Assembly: GCA_026706345.1 (NCBI GenBank) | Contig: JAPOYX010000237.1 | Location: forward strand, 13,175 to 77,174 | DNA: 64,000 nt | Source of the DNA: Gemmatimonadota bacterium | GTDB lineage: Bacteria; JAAXHH01 | Reading direction: 5' to 3' | Shown here: piece after piece, positions 1 through 10,309 of the stretch | Layout of the letters: every line of letters begins with the position of its first letter | Numbering within the stretch: the first letter of the stretch is position 1 | Made by a program: the position numbers and the translations under genes | Notes under the pieces: generated by a model | Told to the model about the DNA's origin: nothing | Database searches by the model: none | The model's input: only the letters and a program-made list of their open reading frames with translations

Positions 1-503
1 TCTTCGCTGTAGGACGAATAACCTGTAAACCGGATCTTGCCCGCCTTCCGGGCTTTTTCAAGCTCCTCCATCACTGCGCCGTCCCGGATCATCCGCTCCT
101 CCAGCTCGAGCATGTCCCTGCCGTGCACCTGGAGCAGGTCGATGTAATCCGTCCGGAGTCTCGAAAGACTCTGGTCGATCGATTCGGATATGCTCCGTCG
201 CGACGCCGCGTAATCGAGTCCTTCATCCAGCCGGTGCATGCACTTGGTGGCGAGCACGTATTCGGACCGGCGGTCTTCGAGCGCCCGGCCGATAATCTCC
301 TCGCTGTTGCCGTACTGCGCCGCGGTATCAATGAAGTTCACGCCCGAATCGATGGCCCGGTTCAGCAGGTTCCTGGCGTCGGTCTCCGCCGGAACACGGG
401 ATTCGTTTTCTTCCTTCAGCCCGTACTCCATGCCCAGTTCAACCGTACCCAGGGATACCTCGGAAACGCTTAAGCCGGTCCGGGCCAGCACTCTGTACCG
501 CAC
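1..503 (-). CDS. aldo/keto reductase family oxidoreductase (N-terminal part; 3' end lies beyond window start)
   Basis: Minus-strand frame read from a GTG at 503 gives VRYRVLARTGLSVSEVSLGT...GVNFIDTAAQYGNSEEIIGRAL...YIDLLQVHGRD, the typical AKR N-terminal motifs. The reading frame runs off the window edge. Confidence 0.7.
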   Translation of the reverse strand, partial: MRYRVLARTGLSVSEVSLGTVELGMEYGLKEENESRVPAETDARNLLNRAIDSGVNFIDTAAQYGNSEEIIGRALEDRRSEYVLATKCMHRLDEGLDYAASRRSISESIDQSLSRLRTDYIDLLQVHGRDMLELEERMIRDGAVMEELEKARKAGKIRFTGYSSYSE

Positions 504-537
504 AGCTCGATCTCCCAAATGCTTTCGCTGGTTTTCA

Positions 538-1494
538 TCACGAGACCATCATGCCCACGTGCTCCACAACGCAGCGCCCCAGCGCCTCCAGGTCATAGCC
601 GCCTTCGAGCATGGATACCACGCGGCCGCCGCAGGCGTCATCCACGAAGTCCAGCAGGATCCGCGACATGGTCCGGAATCCCGTGTCGGTGACCAGGGTG
701 CCGGAAAGCGGATCGTCCATGTGGGCGTCGAAGCCAGCCGACAGGATGAAGAGGTCCGGCCGGTAATCCTTCATGACCGGAATGATCCGGCTTTTCAGTA
801 CGTCGATGTAGACTTCGTCGCCTGAACCCGCGGAAACGGGGACGTTCAGCGTGAACCCCGCACCTTTTCCCGTTCCCTTTTCCCGTTCCGCACCGGTAAA
901 GGGATACAGGGGCGCCTGGTGGACGCTGACATAGTACACCGACGGGTCGTCCTCGAAGATCTCCTGGGTCCCATTGCCGTGGTGGACGTCCCAGTCCAGG
1001 ATGGCCACCCGTTCCACTCCGAAACGCGACTGGGCATGCCTCGCCGCGACGCCCGCGTTGTTGTAGATGCAAAAGCCCATCCCCCGATTGGATTCCGCGT
1101 GGTGGCCGGGAGGGCGGGAGGCGCAAAAGACCCTGTCCGCTTCCTTCGTCAACACGGCGTCCACGGCCCTTACGCCCGCGCCGGCGGCCAATCGGGCGAC
1201 GGCCTCGGACTCCGGGCAGACGGTCGTGTCGCCCGTGGGCAGACTCCGGTATCCCCGCTCGCACCAGCCCGCGACGGCCTCGACGTACGCCGCATCGTGT
1301 ACGGCCGTGATCGAGGCGTCATCGGCGGCCGGCGGGGACAGGCACCGCAGCCCATCCGGCGCCGCGGCAGCGGGATCGTCCCCATCCAGGCCGAGCCCGG
1401 AAAGGATGGATGTTATGCGTTCGGGCCTTTCGGGATGGAAGGGCCCGGTATCGTGCAGAAGGAAATCGGGATGGGTGATCAACGCGGTGGGCAT
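538..1494 (-). CDS. histone deacetylase superfamily protein (AcuC/acetylpolyamine amidohydrolase-like)
   Basis: 318 aa; SRPPGHHAE, DWDVHHGNGTQ and SAGFDAH...D motifs of the arginase/deacetylase fold. Confidence 0.85.
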   Translation of the reverse strand: MPTALITHPDFLLHDTGPFHPERPERITSILSGLGLDGDDPAAAAPDGLRCLSPPAADDASITAVHDAAYVEAVAGWCERGYRSLPTGDTTVCPESEAVARLAAGAGVRAVDAVLTKEADRVFCASRPPGHHAESNRGMGFCIYNNAGVAARHAQSRFGVERVAILDWDVHHGNGTQEIFEDDPSVYYVSVHQAPLYPFTGAEREKGTGKGAGFTLNVPVSAGSGDEVYIDVLKSRIIPVMKDYRPDLFILSAGFDAHMDDPLSGTLVTDTGFRTMSRILLDFVDDACGGRVVSMLEGGYDLEALGRCVVEHVGMMVS

Positions 1495-1553
1495 GTTTTC
1501 AAAACGCGGGCGACACCGCGGCCCCGGGGAAAGGGGCCTTGGGCCGCAGCCTT

Positions 1554-4500
1554 TCAGTTGCGGTCCCTGTTTTTGGAGAGCTGCTCGAAATAATCGTTCA
1601 CCAGGTCCCGGTATCCCGGCGGCACTTCCTCCTCCCGCGCCAGGTACAGGCGCTCCCCGCGTCGCATGTCCCTGACCTCGGCGCGCAATCCTTCGTAGTA
1701 GTCCCGCAGGCTCCGAGCCAGATTGTTATGGAGCTCGTTCCATTTCCCTCGGTCGATCTTCCAGGGCTCGTTGCCCAGGGCGAGCGCCCGGTCCAGGTCA
1801 TCCTGCAGCTGCCCGGTCTCCCGGGACATCTGGGGCATCTGCCCTGAAAGATCCCGCAGGCGTTGGAGCTGTCGCTGGTAATCCCGGGAAATTTCGTCGA
1901 GGGACTGGGGATCGGGTATCCCGCGGTTCAGCCGGTACAACCGCCGCTGAAGGTTCTGCCATTCGGCCATGGCGTCTCGTGTGCTTTCCTGCGCCCTTGC
2001 CAGGTGGTCCATGTCCCGGGTGATCAGCCTGTCCCGGGCGGTACGGACCTGGTCCGCCAGTCTGCCCAGCGCGGCGGAGATTTCTTCCTCCGTACGGACC
2101 GACTGATCCAGGGTATCCCGTCTCAAGAGGCGCTTTGAACGTTCGATCCGCTCATTCAGCCCGTTTTCATCGATCATGTCGAGGGCCTCGGTCGCCGCTT
2201 CCGCCGTCTCGGGCTGCTCCCGGGAGGAATTCCTGACGAGGTAATCCAGATCCTGTCCGAGGCGTTCGAGATCCGTCCGAATCTCTTCCTTTGCTACTTC
2301 CACCCTCCGCAACCGTTCGCGTACGAACCGGTCCAGACGCTGCTCCCTCACCGCTTCATCCAGGCCGCCGCGCCGGGTTTCGATCGCATCCAGCCGGTTC
2401 CTTATCCCCTCGAACCCGCCATCCTTCTCGACCTTCAATTCGCCGACGTTCCGCGCGAGCTGTTCCTGTTGGGCAGCCAGTTGGTCCGCCAGGCGCACGG
2501 CTTCCCGCGCCAAGCGCTCGAGCGACGCGCCCTGCGCCCGCTGCAGCTGCCGGGATGCGTCGGTCAACCCCCGGGCGGCCTGGGAACCGTCCTCCGCGGC
2601 CTGCTGGAGGCGGTCGCGCCGCAGCTGCTCGATTGTTTCGCCCATGGCCTCGGAACTCTCACGCAACTCCCTTTCCGCCTGGTCCAGCATGGGGTCGGCC
2701 GAGCCCGGACGCGAGCCCCGTGTGCGTGGATCGTTCTCGGACCCCGAGAGCGTTCGGGCGATCTCTTCCGTCTCCTCCCTGAGCTCCCGCTGCGACCTGG
2801 TGAGCCGGTCCAGTTCCCTGCGGCGCCCGGCTTCCTGCCGTTCTTCCGCTTCCGCCTCCGCCAGCTGCCGCATGCGGTCGTTCAACTGCTGCTGGCGCCT
2901 GGCCAAGTCGCGGATGCGTTGATGGTTCTCGTCGATACGCCGCTCCCGCTGGCGGTCCATGGCCGGCTGATCGGGACGTTCGTACCTGTTCTTTTCGTCC
3001 TCCAGCTCGAGTTCCGAGGTGTCGGACATATCCAGCGGGGCCCTGCCCGCCATCCCGCGGCCCCGGTTCACCGTGTAATCCCGCATCTGGGCATCGAGCC
3101 TCGTCAGGTACATGAGCGCTTCTCGCTCGTGTACCAGGGCATCGTCGATCGAACCGGAGCGGAGCGCGTCGGAAGCGGCTCCCATCGGTCCGAGAGCCAT
3201 TTCCAGCGTTTCGGCCATTTTCATGGCTTCCCTGGAGAATCCGACCAGGAACCGCATGAAGGCGAGCGCTTCGTCCGCCTGGCCGCGCAGATCGTCCTGT
3301 ACCGCGGCAATCGCCTTGAGGTCTTCTTCCATCCGGATCCCGGGATTTCCGGCGAGGGTTCTCTTGACCCGCCACGTGGCCGAGATGATTTCCTTCTGCT
3401 TGCGGGAGAGCTGCCTCGTCTGCATCACATCGTTCCCGCCTCCTCCTCCGCCGCTTCCGCTCTCGCCCTGCCGGTAGGTTTCGTCAAACGGCTTCACTTC
3501 GATAAAGTACATGTCTGTCGCGGTCGTTCCCGCTTCTCCTCTGCGATCGCCCGCCGCCGCGTAGTAGGCGACGAAATCGCCCGGCTGGACCGACAGGTTT
3601 TCGAGGTAGACCACGTGTTCGCCTTCCCAGACCGTGCGGCCGGATCCGTCCTGCTGCGCGCCCAGGTCCACTATCTGTTCCTCTCCGCCATTCACCGCGT
3701 AATTGAGGGAGAAGGACGAAAGGCCGAAATCGTCCACGGCCTCGGCGCGGATCATGACTTCGTCAACGGGGGAAGCCCGTGTGTCTCTCTTCGGCTCCAG
3801 GATGGTCACCTGGGGCGCCCGGTCCGGCAGCGCCCGGACGTAGTATTCCACCGGATCGTCGTTTTCGGCGTCGTTCGAGTCCACCAGGTGGACGACATAG
3901 GACAGGTCCTCCCGCACCACGAAGGATCCCTCCTGGTTCCTCCCCGCCGCTTCGAGCTGCACCGACCGGCCGTTGCTGAAGCGCAACTCGGCCGATTCGA
4001 CCATCTTGCTGGCGGTAACAGTCAGGGTAACCCGCGTGGCTACGGGCGCCGTGATGTCCCCGCGGTCTTCCTCTGTCTTCGCGGCCAGCCCCGTATACGC
4101 GGGGAAGTCGTACCTGACGTCTATGCGCTCGACATAGGGAGGATCGAAGGCGGTAATGCGAAACTCCCGCGACCGGGTCTCGGCCACGGCGACGTAGTAA
4201 CGCGCGTCCTCGCTGATTCCGGGGATGCTTGCGGTGAAGGTACGCTCGTCATCCGTCGCATACAGCTCCAGCATCGACCAGTCTGCGTCCTGCCCGAACC
4301 GAACGAACAGGCTCGGGTCCGCAGTCAGGCCGCTGCCCAGCCGGGCGGTTACGGCCTGACTTTCACCGCGCCTGACCCGCGCGTCGCCGGGGTCCACCGC
4401 GATCTCGCCCGGCCCCCCGGGTACCACGACGGACCAGGAAACCAGGCGCAGGGCGGAACGGCCGAAATAGCCGGGGTCCAGGAAGACCATGACGAGGAGC

Positions 4501-4979
4501 AGGAGCGCGGCGAAGCCCGCGGCCGCATGCAGGCGAAGGTGCCGTCTGCGATCCACGATCCTTTTGAAGTCGATCTGTTCGGAGTATTCGGCGACATGCT
4601 CCAGGAGTTGGTCCAGGAGGGCCCGCTGCGGACCCCTGAGCCGGGCGTCGCCGTATTCCACGGCGCTGACGAAGGCATCGTTGAGTTCCGGATGCCGTTC
4701 TTCGATGTATCGCGCGACCTGCAGGTCCGAAGGTGTCCGGCGAAGCGGAACCGCGAGATACCTGAAGGCGAGATATCCGAGGGTGGCCAGGGCAACGGCC
4801 GGGAGCAGGACACTGAACGATCTGCCCGGATCGAAGACCTGAACCGCCGATACGCAAAGGAGGAGAAGGACTACCCCGGCGATGGCAAGCACGGACAGGC
4901 CCCGGAGGATCAGCATGAGACGCCAGCGATTGAGGACCCTGCGCAGGTAAGCGTGCATCGTGGATCTTCCGGATACCAT
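1554..4979 (-). CDS. large membrane-anchored coiled-coil protein (DUF4175-like; Bat/aerotolerance operon partner)
   Basis: 1141 aa. Two N-terminal hydrophobic helices are followed by a >300-aa Arg/Glu/Gln/Leu-rich predicted coiled-coil or single-alpha-helix region, a Gly run (GGGGGGN), and a beta-rich C-terminal half. It lies directly downstream of the BatA-like VWA gene. Confidence 0.6.
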   Translation of the reverse strand: MVSGRSTMHAYLRRVLNRWRLMLILRGLSVLAIAGVVLLLLCVSAVQVFDPGRSFSVLLPAVALATLGYLAFRYLAVPLRRTPSDLQVARYIEERHPELNDAFVSAVEYGDARLRGPQRALLDQLLEHVAEYSEQIDFKRIVDRRRHLRLHAAAGFAALLLLVMVFLDPGYFGRSALRLVSWSVVVPGGPGEIAVDPGDARVRRGESQAVTARLGSGLTADPSLFVRFGQDADWSMLELYATDDERTFTASIPGISEDARYYVAVAETRSREFRITAFDPPYVERIDVRYDFPAYTGLAAKTEEDRGDITAPVATRVTLTVTASKMVESAELRFSNGRSVQLEAAGRNQEGSFVVREDLSYVVHLVDSNDAENDDPVEYYVRALPDRAPQVTILEPKRDTRASPVDEVMIRAEAVDDFGLSSFSLNYAVNGGEEQIVDLGAQQDGSGRTVWEGEHVVYLENLSVQPGDFVAYYAAAGDRRGEAGTTATDMYFIEVKPFDETYRQGESGSGGGGGGNDVMQTRQLSRKQKEIISATWRVKRTLAGNPGIRMEEDLKAIAAVQDDLRGQADEALAFMRFLVGFSREAMKMAETLEMALGPMGAASDALRSGSIDDALVHEREALMYLTRLDAQMRDYTVNRGRGMAGRAPLDMSDTSELELEDEKNRYERPDQPAMDRQRERRIDENHQRIRDLARRQQQLNDRMRQLAEAEAEERQEAGRRRELDRLTRSQRELREETEEIARTLSGSENDPRTRGSRPGSADPMLDQAERELRESSEAMGETIEQLRRDRLQQAAEDGSQAARGLTDASRQLQRAQGASLERLAREAVRLADQLAAQQEQLARNVGELKVEKDGGFEGIRNRLDAIETRRGGLDEAVREQRLDRFVRERLRRVEVAKEEIRTDLERLGQDLDYLVRNSSREQPETAEAATEALDMIDENGLNERIERSKRLLRRDTLDQSVRTEEEISAALGRLADQVRTARDRLITRDMDHLARAQESTRDAMAEWQNLQRRLYRLNRGIPDPQSLDEISRDYQRQLQRLRDLSGQMPQMSRETGQLQDDLDRALALGNEPWKIDRGKWNELHNNLARSLRDYYEGLRAEVRDMRRGERLYLAREEEVPPGYRDLVNDYFEQLSKNRDRN

Positions 4980-4982
4980 GGG

Positions 4983-7055
4983 TCACCTGTGCGTCCGGTT
5001 CGCCAGGAAGGTTTCCCCGAGAACCAGGGCGATGAGCGTGAATCCCAGAAACCACCAGAGCCGTTGGCGGCGTTCCACTTCGGCGTCACGGGCATGCATG
5101 GCCAGCGATTCCGTTTCCCGTGATTCGGGGCTCTTCGTCACGGGATTGACCACGGCCGACGCGAAGGCCTCCGGATCCAGCCCGGCGAAGTCGGACTCCC
5201 TGGTATCGAGGTTGACCGCGAAGGTCTGCGGGCTTCCTTCCGTCTGAACCCGGTACAACCCGGGCCGCCGCGTTCGCGTGAACAGCTTCGTTCCCGTCCG
5301 GGACGCTTCTACCGGGACTTGCTCACCGGAGGGGAGCATTACCTGGCGGGCCTGGACAGGTAGCCGGACCGCCTCCCCGGTCAAGTGGTATGCGCGCGCC
5401 GCCCGCTCGTACATCGAACCGCGGGAAGCCAGGTAGTCGATACACTCGTAAAGAAACGGAACGAATACCTCTCGAATGGCGAAATCGTTCCACGAAAGAT
5501 CGAAGGTGGACAGAAACAGGAGCGTCCGACCGTTTCCCAGGGGCTTTTCCGCCAAAGCCGCGCCGCCGTCATCGAACCGGCCCGGGACCGAGGCCGACGA
5601 ATCGGGCTCGAGTCGGGCCGTCCCGTAGAACCGCACCGTGCCGAAATCCCCGTGGCGGGGACCGGAAAAGGGTTGAAAAACCGGGTGCTGGTAGTTCACG
5701 TCGGTCAGCAGCCGGTACCGGTCCCTCGGTGTGTCCGGGAATGAAACCGACTCGATGCGTCCGGGCAGCAGTTCGCCGAAGGACGAATTAAATATATCGG
5801 AAGAAACGGCTGGATTCAAGCCGATAATGAGGCTGCCGCCCGATCGCACGTAGCCGGTCAGCCTGTTCTTCGCGGACCGCGGCAAGGCGGACAGATTGGC
5901 TGAAACGACCACATCGTACCCCGCGGGATCGACCGCGGACAACGCGCTTGCCGATCGCACTTCCACGGTGACGGGCGGGTCCTGGCGCAGCGACAGCGCC
6001 TCGGACAGGTAGTAGGCGGCATCGGATGGGCGGTCCGGCCGGATGCGTTCCTCCACGCACAGCACGCGCACGGGAGAAGGCGCGTTCACGGTGAAGTAGA
6101 ATCGATTGTCCACCGGAAGCCCGTCTTCCCCGAAAGTCACGACACCCGTGTTCATGTCTGCTTCAAAGGATTGCCTGAAGATCTCCACGTGACCGGTCCG
6201 CGGGGGAATATCGACGCGACGCGTCGCGGTCGCGCTGCCGTTGACCTGGAGCGTGAGATCGTCCTGAAAGGGTGTCTGGCCATAGTTGCGAATCCGTACG
6301 GCCACGTCGCGGTTCCGATCGTCCCCGGAAAGCGCGGCGGGTATTTCCACGCCGGTAACGGCGACGTTGTCATCCTGTTCGTCCCGGACATCGATCATCC
6401 TGAGCTGGATGCCCGGACTGAGTTTCCAGCCGGCCGACCGGGGATTCCAGCCGGACTGCTGAAAATCGGAAATGAGGTAGAGGGTGCGCCGGTCGAAGTC
6501 GGCCCCGTTCAGCTGATCGTCGGCCGCGCGGAGCGCTTCCAGGTAATTCGTTCCGTCGAAGGTCGCGTCGATCCGGGTCTCGAGCATACCGGGCAGAACG
6601 GAGAGGTCGGGGCCGAGTTCCCGCACCACCGCGGCCTGGGCGGCGAAGGTCAGCAGGGCGACCTGGTCGCCAGTCTGAAGCCCGTCCAGGACTTCGGCGG
6701 CCCGGCGCCTGGCCAGGGCGAGGCGGTTCCCATACCCCATGCTGTAGGAGGTGTCGACCAATATCGCCACGGCTTCCGGCTGCGTGCCCGTGAAGATACT
6801 TTCTCCTTCGTCGCGGACGAAGGGCCGTGCGAAAATCACGGCCAGAAGCGCGCAGGCCGCCATGCGCAGCAGCAGGAGCAGGAGGCGCCGGAGTCTCTGC
6901 TGACGGACGACGGCCCGCTGGGAGGAGGCGAGAAACCGGACCATGCTGAAAACGTGGATCCCGGCCCGCTGTCTTCTGACCAGGTGCAGGATCAGCGGGA
7001 TCGCCGCGCCCAGGGCGCCGAAGAGAAACGTGACGTTCAGGAAGGCCAGGTCCAT
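4983..7055 (-). CDS. BatA-like aerotolerance-regulator N-terminal TM domain + von Willebrand factor A domain protein
   Basis: 690 aa. N-terminal TM helices; VWA MIDAS-like segment ILVDTSYSMGYGNRLALARRRAAEVLDGL...VALLTF; C-terminal hydrophobic helix. Confidence 0.75.
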   Translation of the reverse strand: MDLAFLNVTFLFGALGAAIPLILHLVRRQRAGIHVFSMVRFLASSQRAVVRQQRLRRLLLLLLRMAACALLAVIFARPFVRDEGESIFTGTQPEAVAILVDTSYSMGYGNRLALARRRAAEVLDGLQTGDQVALLTFAAQAAVVRELGPDLSVLPGMLETRIDATFDGTNYLEALRAADDQLNGADFDRRTLYLISDFQQSGWNPRSAGWKLSPGIQLRMIDVRDEQDDNVAVTGVEIPAALSGDDRNRDVAVRIRNYGQTPFQDDLTLQVNGSATATRRVDIPPRTGHVEIFRQSFEADMNTGVVTFGEDGLPVDNRFYFTVNAPSPVRVLCVEERIRPDRPSDAAYYLSEALSLRQDPPVTVEVRSASALSAVDPAGYDVVVSANLSALPRSAKNRLTGYVRSGGSLIIGLNPAVSSDIFNSSFGELLPGRIESVSFPDTPRDRYRLLTDVNYQHPVFQPFSGPRHGDFGTVRFYGTARLEPDSSASVPGRFDDGGAALAEKPLGNGRTLLFLSTFDLSWNDFAIREVFVPFLYECIDYLASRGSMYERAARAYHLTGEAVRLPVQARQVMLPSGEQVPVEASRTGTKLFTRTRRPGLYRVQTEGSPQTFAVNLDTRESDFAGLDPEAFASAVVNPVTKSPESRETESLAMHARDAEVERRQRLWWFLGFTLIALVLGETFLANRTHR

Positions 7056-7081
7056 GATTTAACCCATTGTGCCGGCGGGCC

Positions 7082-8065
7082 TTATCGTTTCACCATGCGC
7101 CTGCTCAGATAGGAGAACAGCGCGAAATCCAGCGGCCTTTCGGTTTCCATGCGCTCATAGTCGACCTGGATCTTCGCGCATCCCGTCCTGATCGATTCCA
7201 TGAAGTCCCCGACGGCTTCCAGGTATTCGTCGCGAATAGCCGAAGGCGTAACCGTGATCCGCTCACCGGTCTCGGGATCGTCGAACCTGGCCGTCTCGGT
7301 AAAGGGAAAGGTGAGTTCCTCCCGGTCGACAATGTGAAACACCAGCACTTCGTGCCCCTTGAAGCGGAAGTGCATCAGGGCGTTCATTATCTGTTCGACG
7401 TCGTCGATCAGGTCGGAGATCAGGATGACCAGCCCCCGCCTGGGGGCCGATTCGGCGAGATCATGCAGCGGTTTGCCGATATCGGTTCCTTCGGCGGCGC
7501 TCAGATCTTCAAGCATGGAGTGTATGGCGTGCAGATGGGTATTCTTCGAACTGGGCGGGAGATAGTCGTGGACGACCCGGTCGAAGGTGACGAGTCCCAC
7601 CCCGTCTCCCTGACGCATGATCAGGTATGCCAGGGAAGCCGCCAGATACGAGCCGTATTCGAGCTTGTCCAATCCGCTGGTCGGCCTGGTCGGACCGGCC
7701 GGCGTGGACGGCCTGTCGCGCCCGGAACGCCTGCCGCGCCCGGAACGCCTGGACCGCCCAGTAGGCCGGGCGCCGTATCCCATGGACGCGCTGCGGTCGA
7801 GCAGCAACACGCATTGCAGGTTGGTTTCGTCCTCGTATTCCTTGACGTAGTACCGGTCCGAGCGGCCCACGGCCTTCCAGTCCACGTGCCGGATGTCGTC
7901 GCCCGGCGTATACTGCCGGTACTCCACGAATTCCACGCCGAAGCCTCTGTACGGACTCTTGTGGAGACCGGAAACGAATCCCTCGACCACGATGCGCGCG
8001 CGCATTTCCATGGAGGAGAGACTGGAAAGGGTCTTCGGATCCAGGAACCGCGGGATTTCTGCCAT
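7082..8065 (-). CDS. DUF58 domain protein (VWA-like, MoxR partner)
   Basis: 327 aa; HKSPYRGFGVEFVEYRQYTPGDDIRHVDWKA...LLLDRSASMGYG is the hallmark DUF58 motif. Sits immediately downstream of MoxR. Confidence 0.8.
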   Translation of the reverse strand: MAEIPRFLDPKTLSSLSSMEMRARIVVEGFVSGLHKSPYRGFGVEFVEYRQYTPGDDIRHVDWKAVGRSDRYYVKEYEDETNLQCVLLLDRSASMGYGARPTGRSRRSGRGRRSGRDRPSTPAGPTRPTSGLDKLEYGSYLAASLAYLIMRQGDGVGLVTFDRVVHDYLPPSSKNTHLHAIHSMLEDLSAAEGTDIGKPLHDLAESAPRRGLVILISDLIDDVEQIMNALMHFRFKGHEVLVFHIVDREELTFPFTETARFDDPETGERITVTPSAIRDEYLEAVGDFMESIRTGCAKIQVDYERMETERPLDFALFSYLSRRMVKR

Positions 8066-8092
8066 GCTGGCGCCTTTGTGCCGGTGTGCGGA

Positions 8093-9130
8093 TTACATGC
8101 CCGACTGCGGCGCCGGAACGGCCTCGAGCAGCCGGTCGACGATGTCTTCGGACGTGACCTTCTCCGCCTCGGCGTAGAAATTGGTCAGGATGCGGTGGCG
8201 CAGGACCGGATGGGCGAGGACGCGAATGTCGTCGCAGGAAACGTGTCCGCGGCCGTTGAGCAGCGCCCTGGCCTTGGCGCCCAGGATAAGGTACTGGGAG
8301 GCGCGCAGTCCCGCCCCCCAGGAAACCCAGTTCTTGACGAACTCCGGCGCTTCCGCGCTGGAGGGCCTGCTCATGGATGCCAGGCGCACGGCGTAGCGGG
8401 CAACCTGTTCGGAGACGAGGACTTCCCGGACAAGCCGCTGGTATTCCCGGACGACTTCGCCCGACAGGACCGTATCGACCGAGACCGTTTCCGCGGAGGT
8501 GGTCGTCCGGGCCACCGCCACTTCGTCGTCTTCCTCGAGATAATCAATGTGGATGTTGAACATGAACCGGTCGAGCTGGGCTTCGGGCAGGGGGTAGGTC
8601 CCCTCCAGTTCAATGGGATTCTGGGTCGCGAGGACGAAGAAGGGTTCATCCAGCTGAAAGGTCGTGCGCCCGGCGGTCACCCGGTGTTCCTGCATGGCCT
8701 CGAGCAGGGCGGCCTGTGTCTTGGGCGGCGTCCGGTTGATTTCGTCGGCAAGCACGATGTTGCCGAAGATCGGGCCCTTGATGAAGGTCAGCGAGCGTTG
8801 CCCCGTGGCCTTGTCCTCTTCCAGGATTTCCGTTCCGGTGATGTCGGCCGGCATGAGGTCCGGCGTGAACTGGATGCGACGGAATTCCAGGTCCAGCACC
8901 TGGGCGAAGGTCTTGATGAGCAGGGTCTTGGCGAGTCCGGGCACCCCCGTGACGAGACAGTGGCCTCCCGCGAACAGGGCGATCAGCACCTGTTCGAGGA
9001 CCTCTTCCTGGCCGGTGATTACCTTGCGAACCTCCGCCAGGATCTTCTCTCGCCCCTCCTGGAATGCTTCGATGCGAACCTGCTGGGGTCCGTCTTCCGT
9101 ACCGCGCTGCGCGGCGTCGGTCGTCGTCAT
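8093..9130 (-). CDS. MoxR-family AAA+ ATPase
   Basis: 345 aa; Walker A GVPGLAKT, LLIKTFAQVLDLEFRRIQFTPDLMPADITG and LADEINRTPPKTQAALLEAMQE are typical of MoxR. Confidence 0.9.
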   Translation of the reverse strand: MTTTDAAQRGTEDGPQQVRIEAFQEGREKILAEVRKVITGQEEVLEQVLIALFAGGHCLVTGVPGLAKTLLIKTFAQVLDLEFRRIQFTPDLMPADITGTEILEEDKATGQRSLTFIKGPIFGNIVLADEINRTPPKTQAALLEAMQEHRVTAGRTTFQLDEPFFVLATQNPIELEGTYPLPEAQLDRFMFNIHIDYLEEDDEVAVARTTTSAETVSVDTVLSGEVVREYQRLVREVLVSEQVARYAVRLASMSRPSSAEAPEFVKNWVSWGAGLRASQYLILGAKARALLNGRGHVSCDDIRVLAHPVLRHRILTNFYAEAEKVTSEDIVDRLLEAVPAPQSGM

Positions 9131-9160
9131 CGGCCGGGTCCTTTCCGTGTGCCGCCGGGC

Positions 9161-10099
9161 TCAACTTTCCTCGCCGTGAGATTTGAAGTACGCGATGGTC
9201 TTCCTCATGCCCTCTTCGAGGGAGACCCTGGCTTCCCAGTCCAGTATTTCGCGCGCTCTCGTGGTGTCAGGGCGCCGAAGCTGGGGATCGTCCTGGGGAA
9301 GTGGCCTGAAGACGACCTCGCTATCGGAGCCGCACAACCGGATGATGGTGCGGGCGAGCTCGAGGACGGTGATCTCGTTTTCGTTGCCGATGTTCACCGG
9401 TTCGTGCTCGCCGGAATGCATGAGCCGCACGATGCCTTCGATGAGGTCTTCGCAGTAGCAGAAACTGCGGGTCTGTATTCCCTCGCCGAAGATCGTCAGC
9501 GGTTCGCCTCTGAGCGCCTTGGTGATGAAGGAAGGCGCGACGCGGCCGTCCGCGGGTCTCATCCGGGGTCCGTAGGTGTTGAAAATCCGTACGATACGCG
9601 TGTCGATCCCGTGTTTTCGGTGGTAGGCCATGGTCAGGGCTTCCGCGAAGCGCTTCGCCTCGTCGTAGACGCCCCTGACGCCGATGGGATTGACGTTTCC
9701 CCAGTAGCTCTCCGGCTGCGGGTTGACCGCCGGGTCGCCATAGACCTCCGACGTGGACGCGAGGAAGAACCCGGCCCCCTTGGCTTTGGCCAGGCCGAGC
9801 GCGTTGTGGGTGCCCAGGGCGCCCACTTTCAGGATCTGGATCGGCACGCGCTCGAAGTCGACGGGACTCGCTGGACTGGCGAAGTGCATGATGAAGTCCA
9901 CGTCGCCATCGATATCCAGGTATTCCGACACGTCCTGCTGGAGGTAGGTGAATCCTTCCCGGTCCAGGTTGTGGGCGATGTTTACAGTCCGGCCGGTGAT
10001 CAGGTTGTCGACGGCGACGACCTGGTGTCCATCGGCCAGCAGCCGGTCGCAAAGATGGGATCCCAGGAAACCCGCACCGCCGGTTACGACAACGCGCAC
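9161..10099 (-). CDS. UDP-glucuronate decarboxylase-like NAD-dependent epimerase/dehydratase (UXS family)
   Basis: 312 aa; [12 protein letters not shown] Rossmann motif, YDEAKR catalytic motif, and the overall UXS/dTDP-glucose dehydratase pattern. Confidence 0.85.
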   Translation of the reverse strand: MRVVVTGGAGFLGSHLCDRLLADGHQVVAVDNLITGRTVNIAHNLDREGFTYLQQDVSEYLDIDGDVDFIMHFASPASPVDFERVPIQILKVGALGTHNALGLAKAKGAGFFLASTSEVYGDPAVNPQPESYWGNVNPIGVRGVYDEAKRFAEALTMAYHRKHGIDTRIVRIFNTYGPRMRPADGRVAPSFITKALRGEPLTIFGEGIQTRSFCYCEDLIEGIVRLMHSGEHEPVNIGNENEITVLELARTIIRLCGSDSEVVFRPLPQDDPQLRRPDTTRAREILDWEARVSLEEGMRKTIAYFKSHGEES

Positions 10100-10210
10100 A
10101 GACTTTTCCTTTCGAGGTCCGCGGAGGTCGTGGAAATCAACGGGATAAAGGGGGAAAATACGCGGCTTTCGCTCAGGGTGTCAAGCGCTCTTTTGACCGG
10201 GATATACCTG

Positions 10211-10239
10211 TTGACAGTCCCCGGATACCCACCTATAAT
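10211..10239 (+). promoter_or_regulatory. sigma70-type consensus promoter (TTGACA-17-TATAAT)
   Basis: Exact TTGACA at 10211-10216, a 17-nt spacer, and exact TATAAT at 10234-10239, about 70 nt upstream of the 10310 start. A GGAGACGG Shine-Dalgarno-like sequence precedes the ATG. Confidence 0.5.
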
Positions 10240-10309
10240 TTCAGCAGGAACCTACCATTTCGGATCTCTGATCATCCAATCGAAAAGCGGGTAATCTCAG
10301 GAGACGGCT

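Noticed and set aside
2469-5123. 884-aa plus-strand ORF, plus many other long ORFs antisense to annotated genes (e.g. 7067..10294, 10241..11410, 17584..19293, 22023..23474, 45762..47636, 47712..49862)
   Set aside because: In 65% GC DNA, stop codons are rare in antisense frames. These ORFs have Arg/Pro/Gly-rich low-complexity translations with no recognisable motifs, and they overlap strongly supported genes on the other strand.
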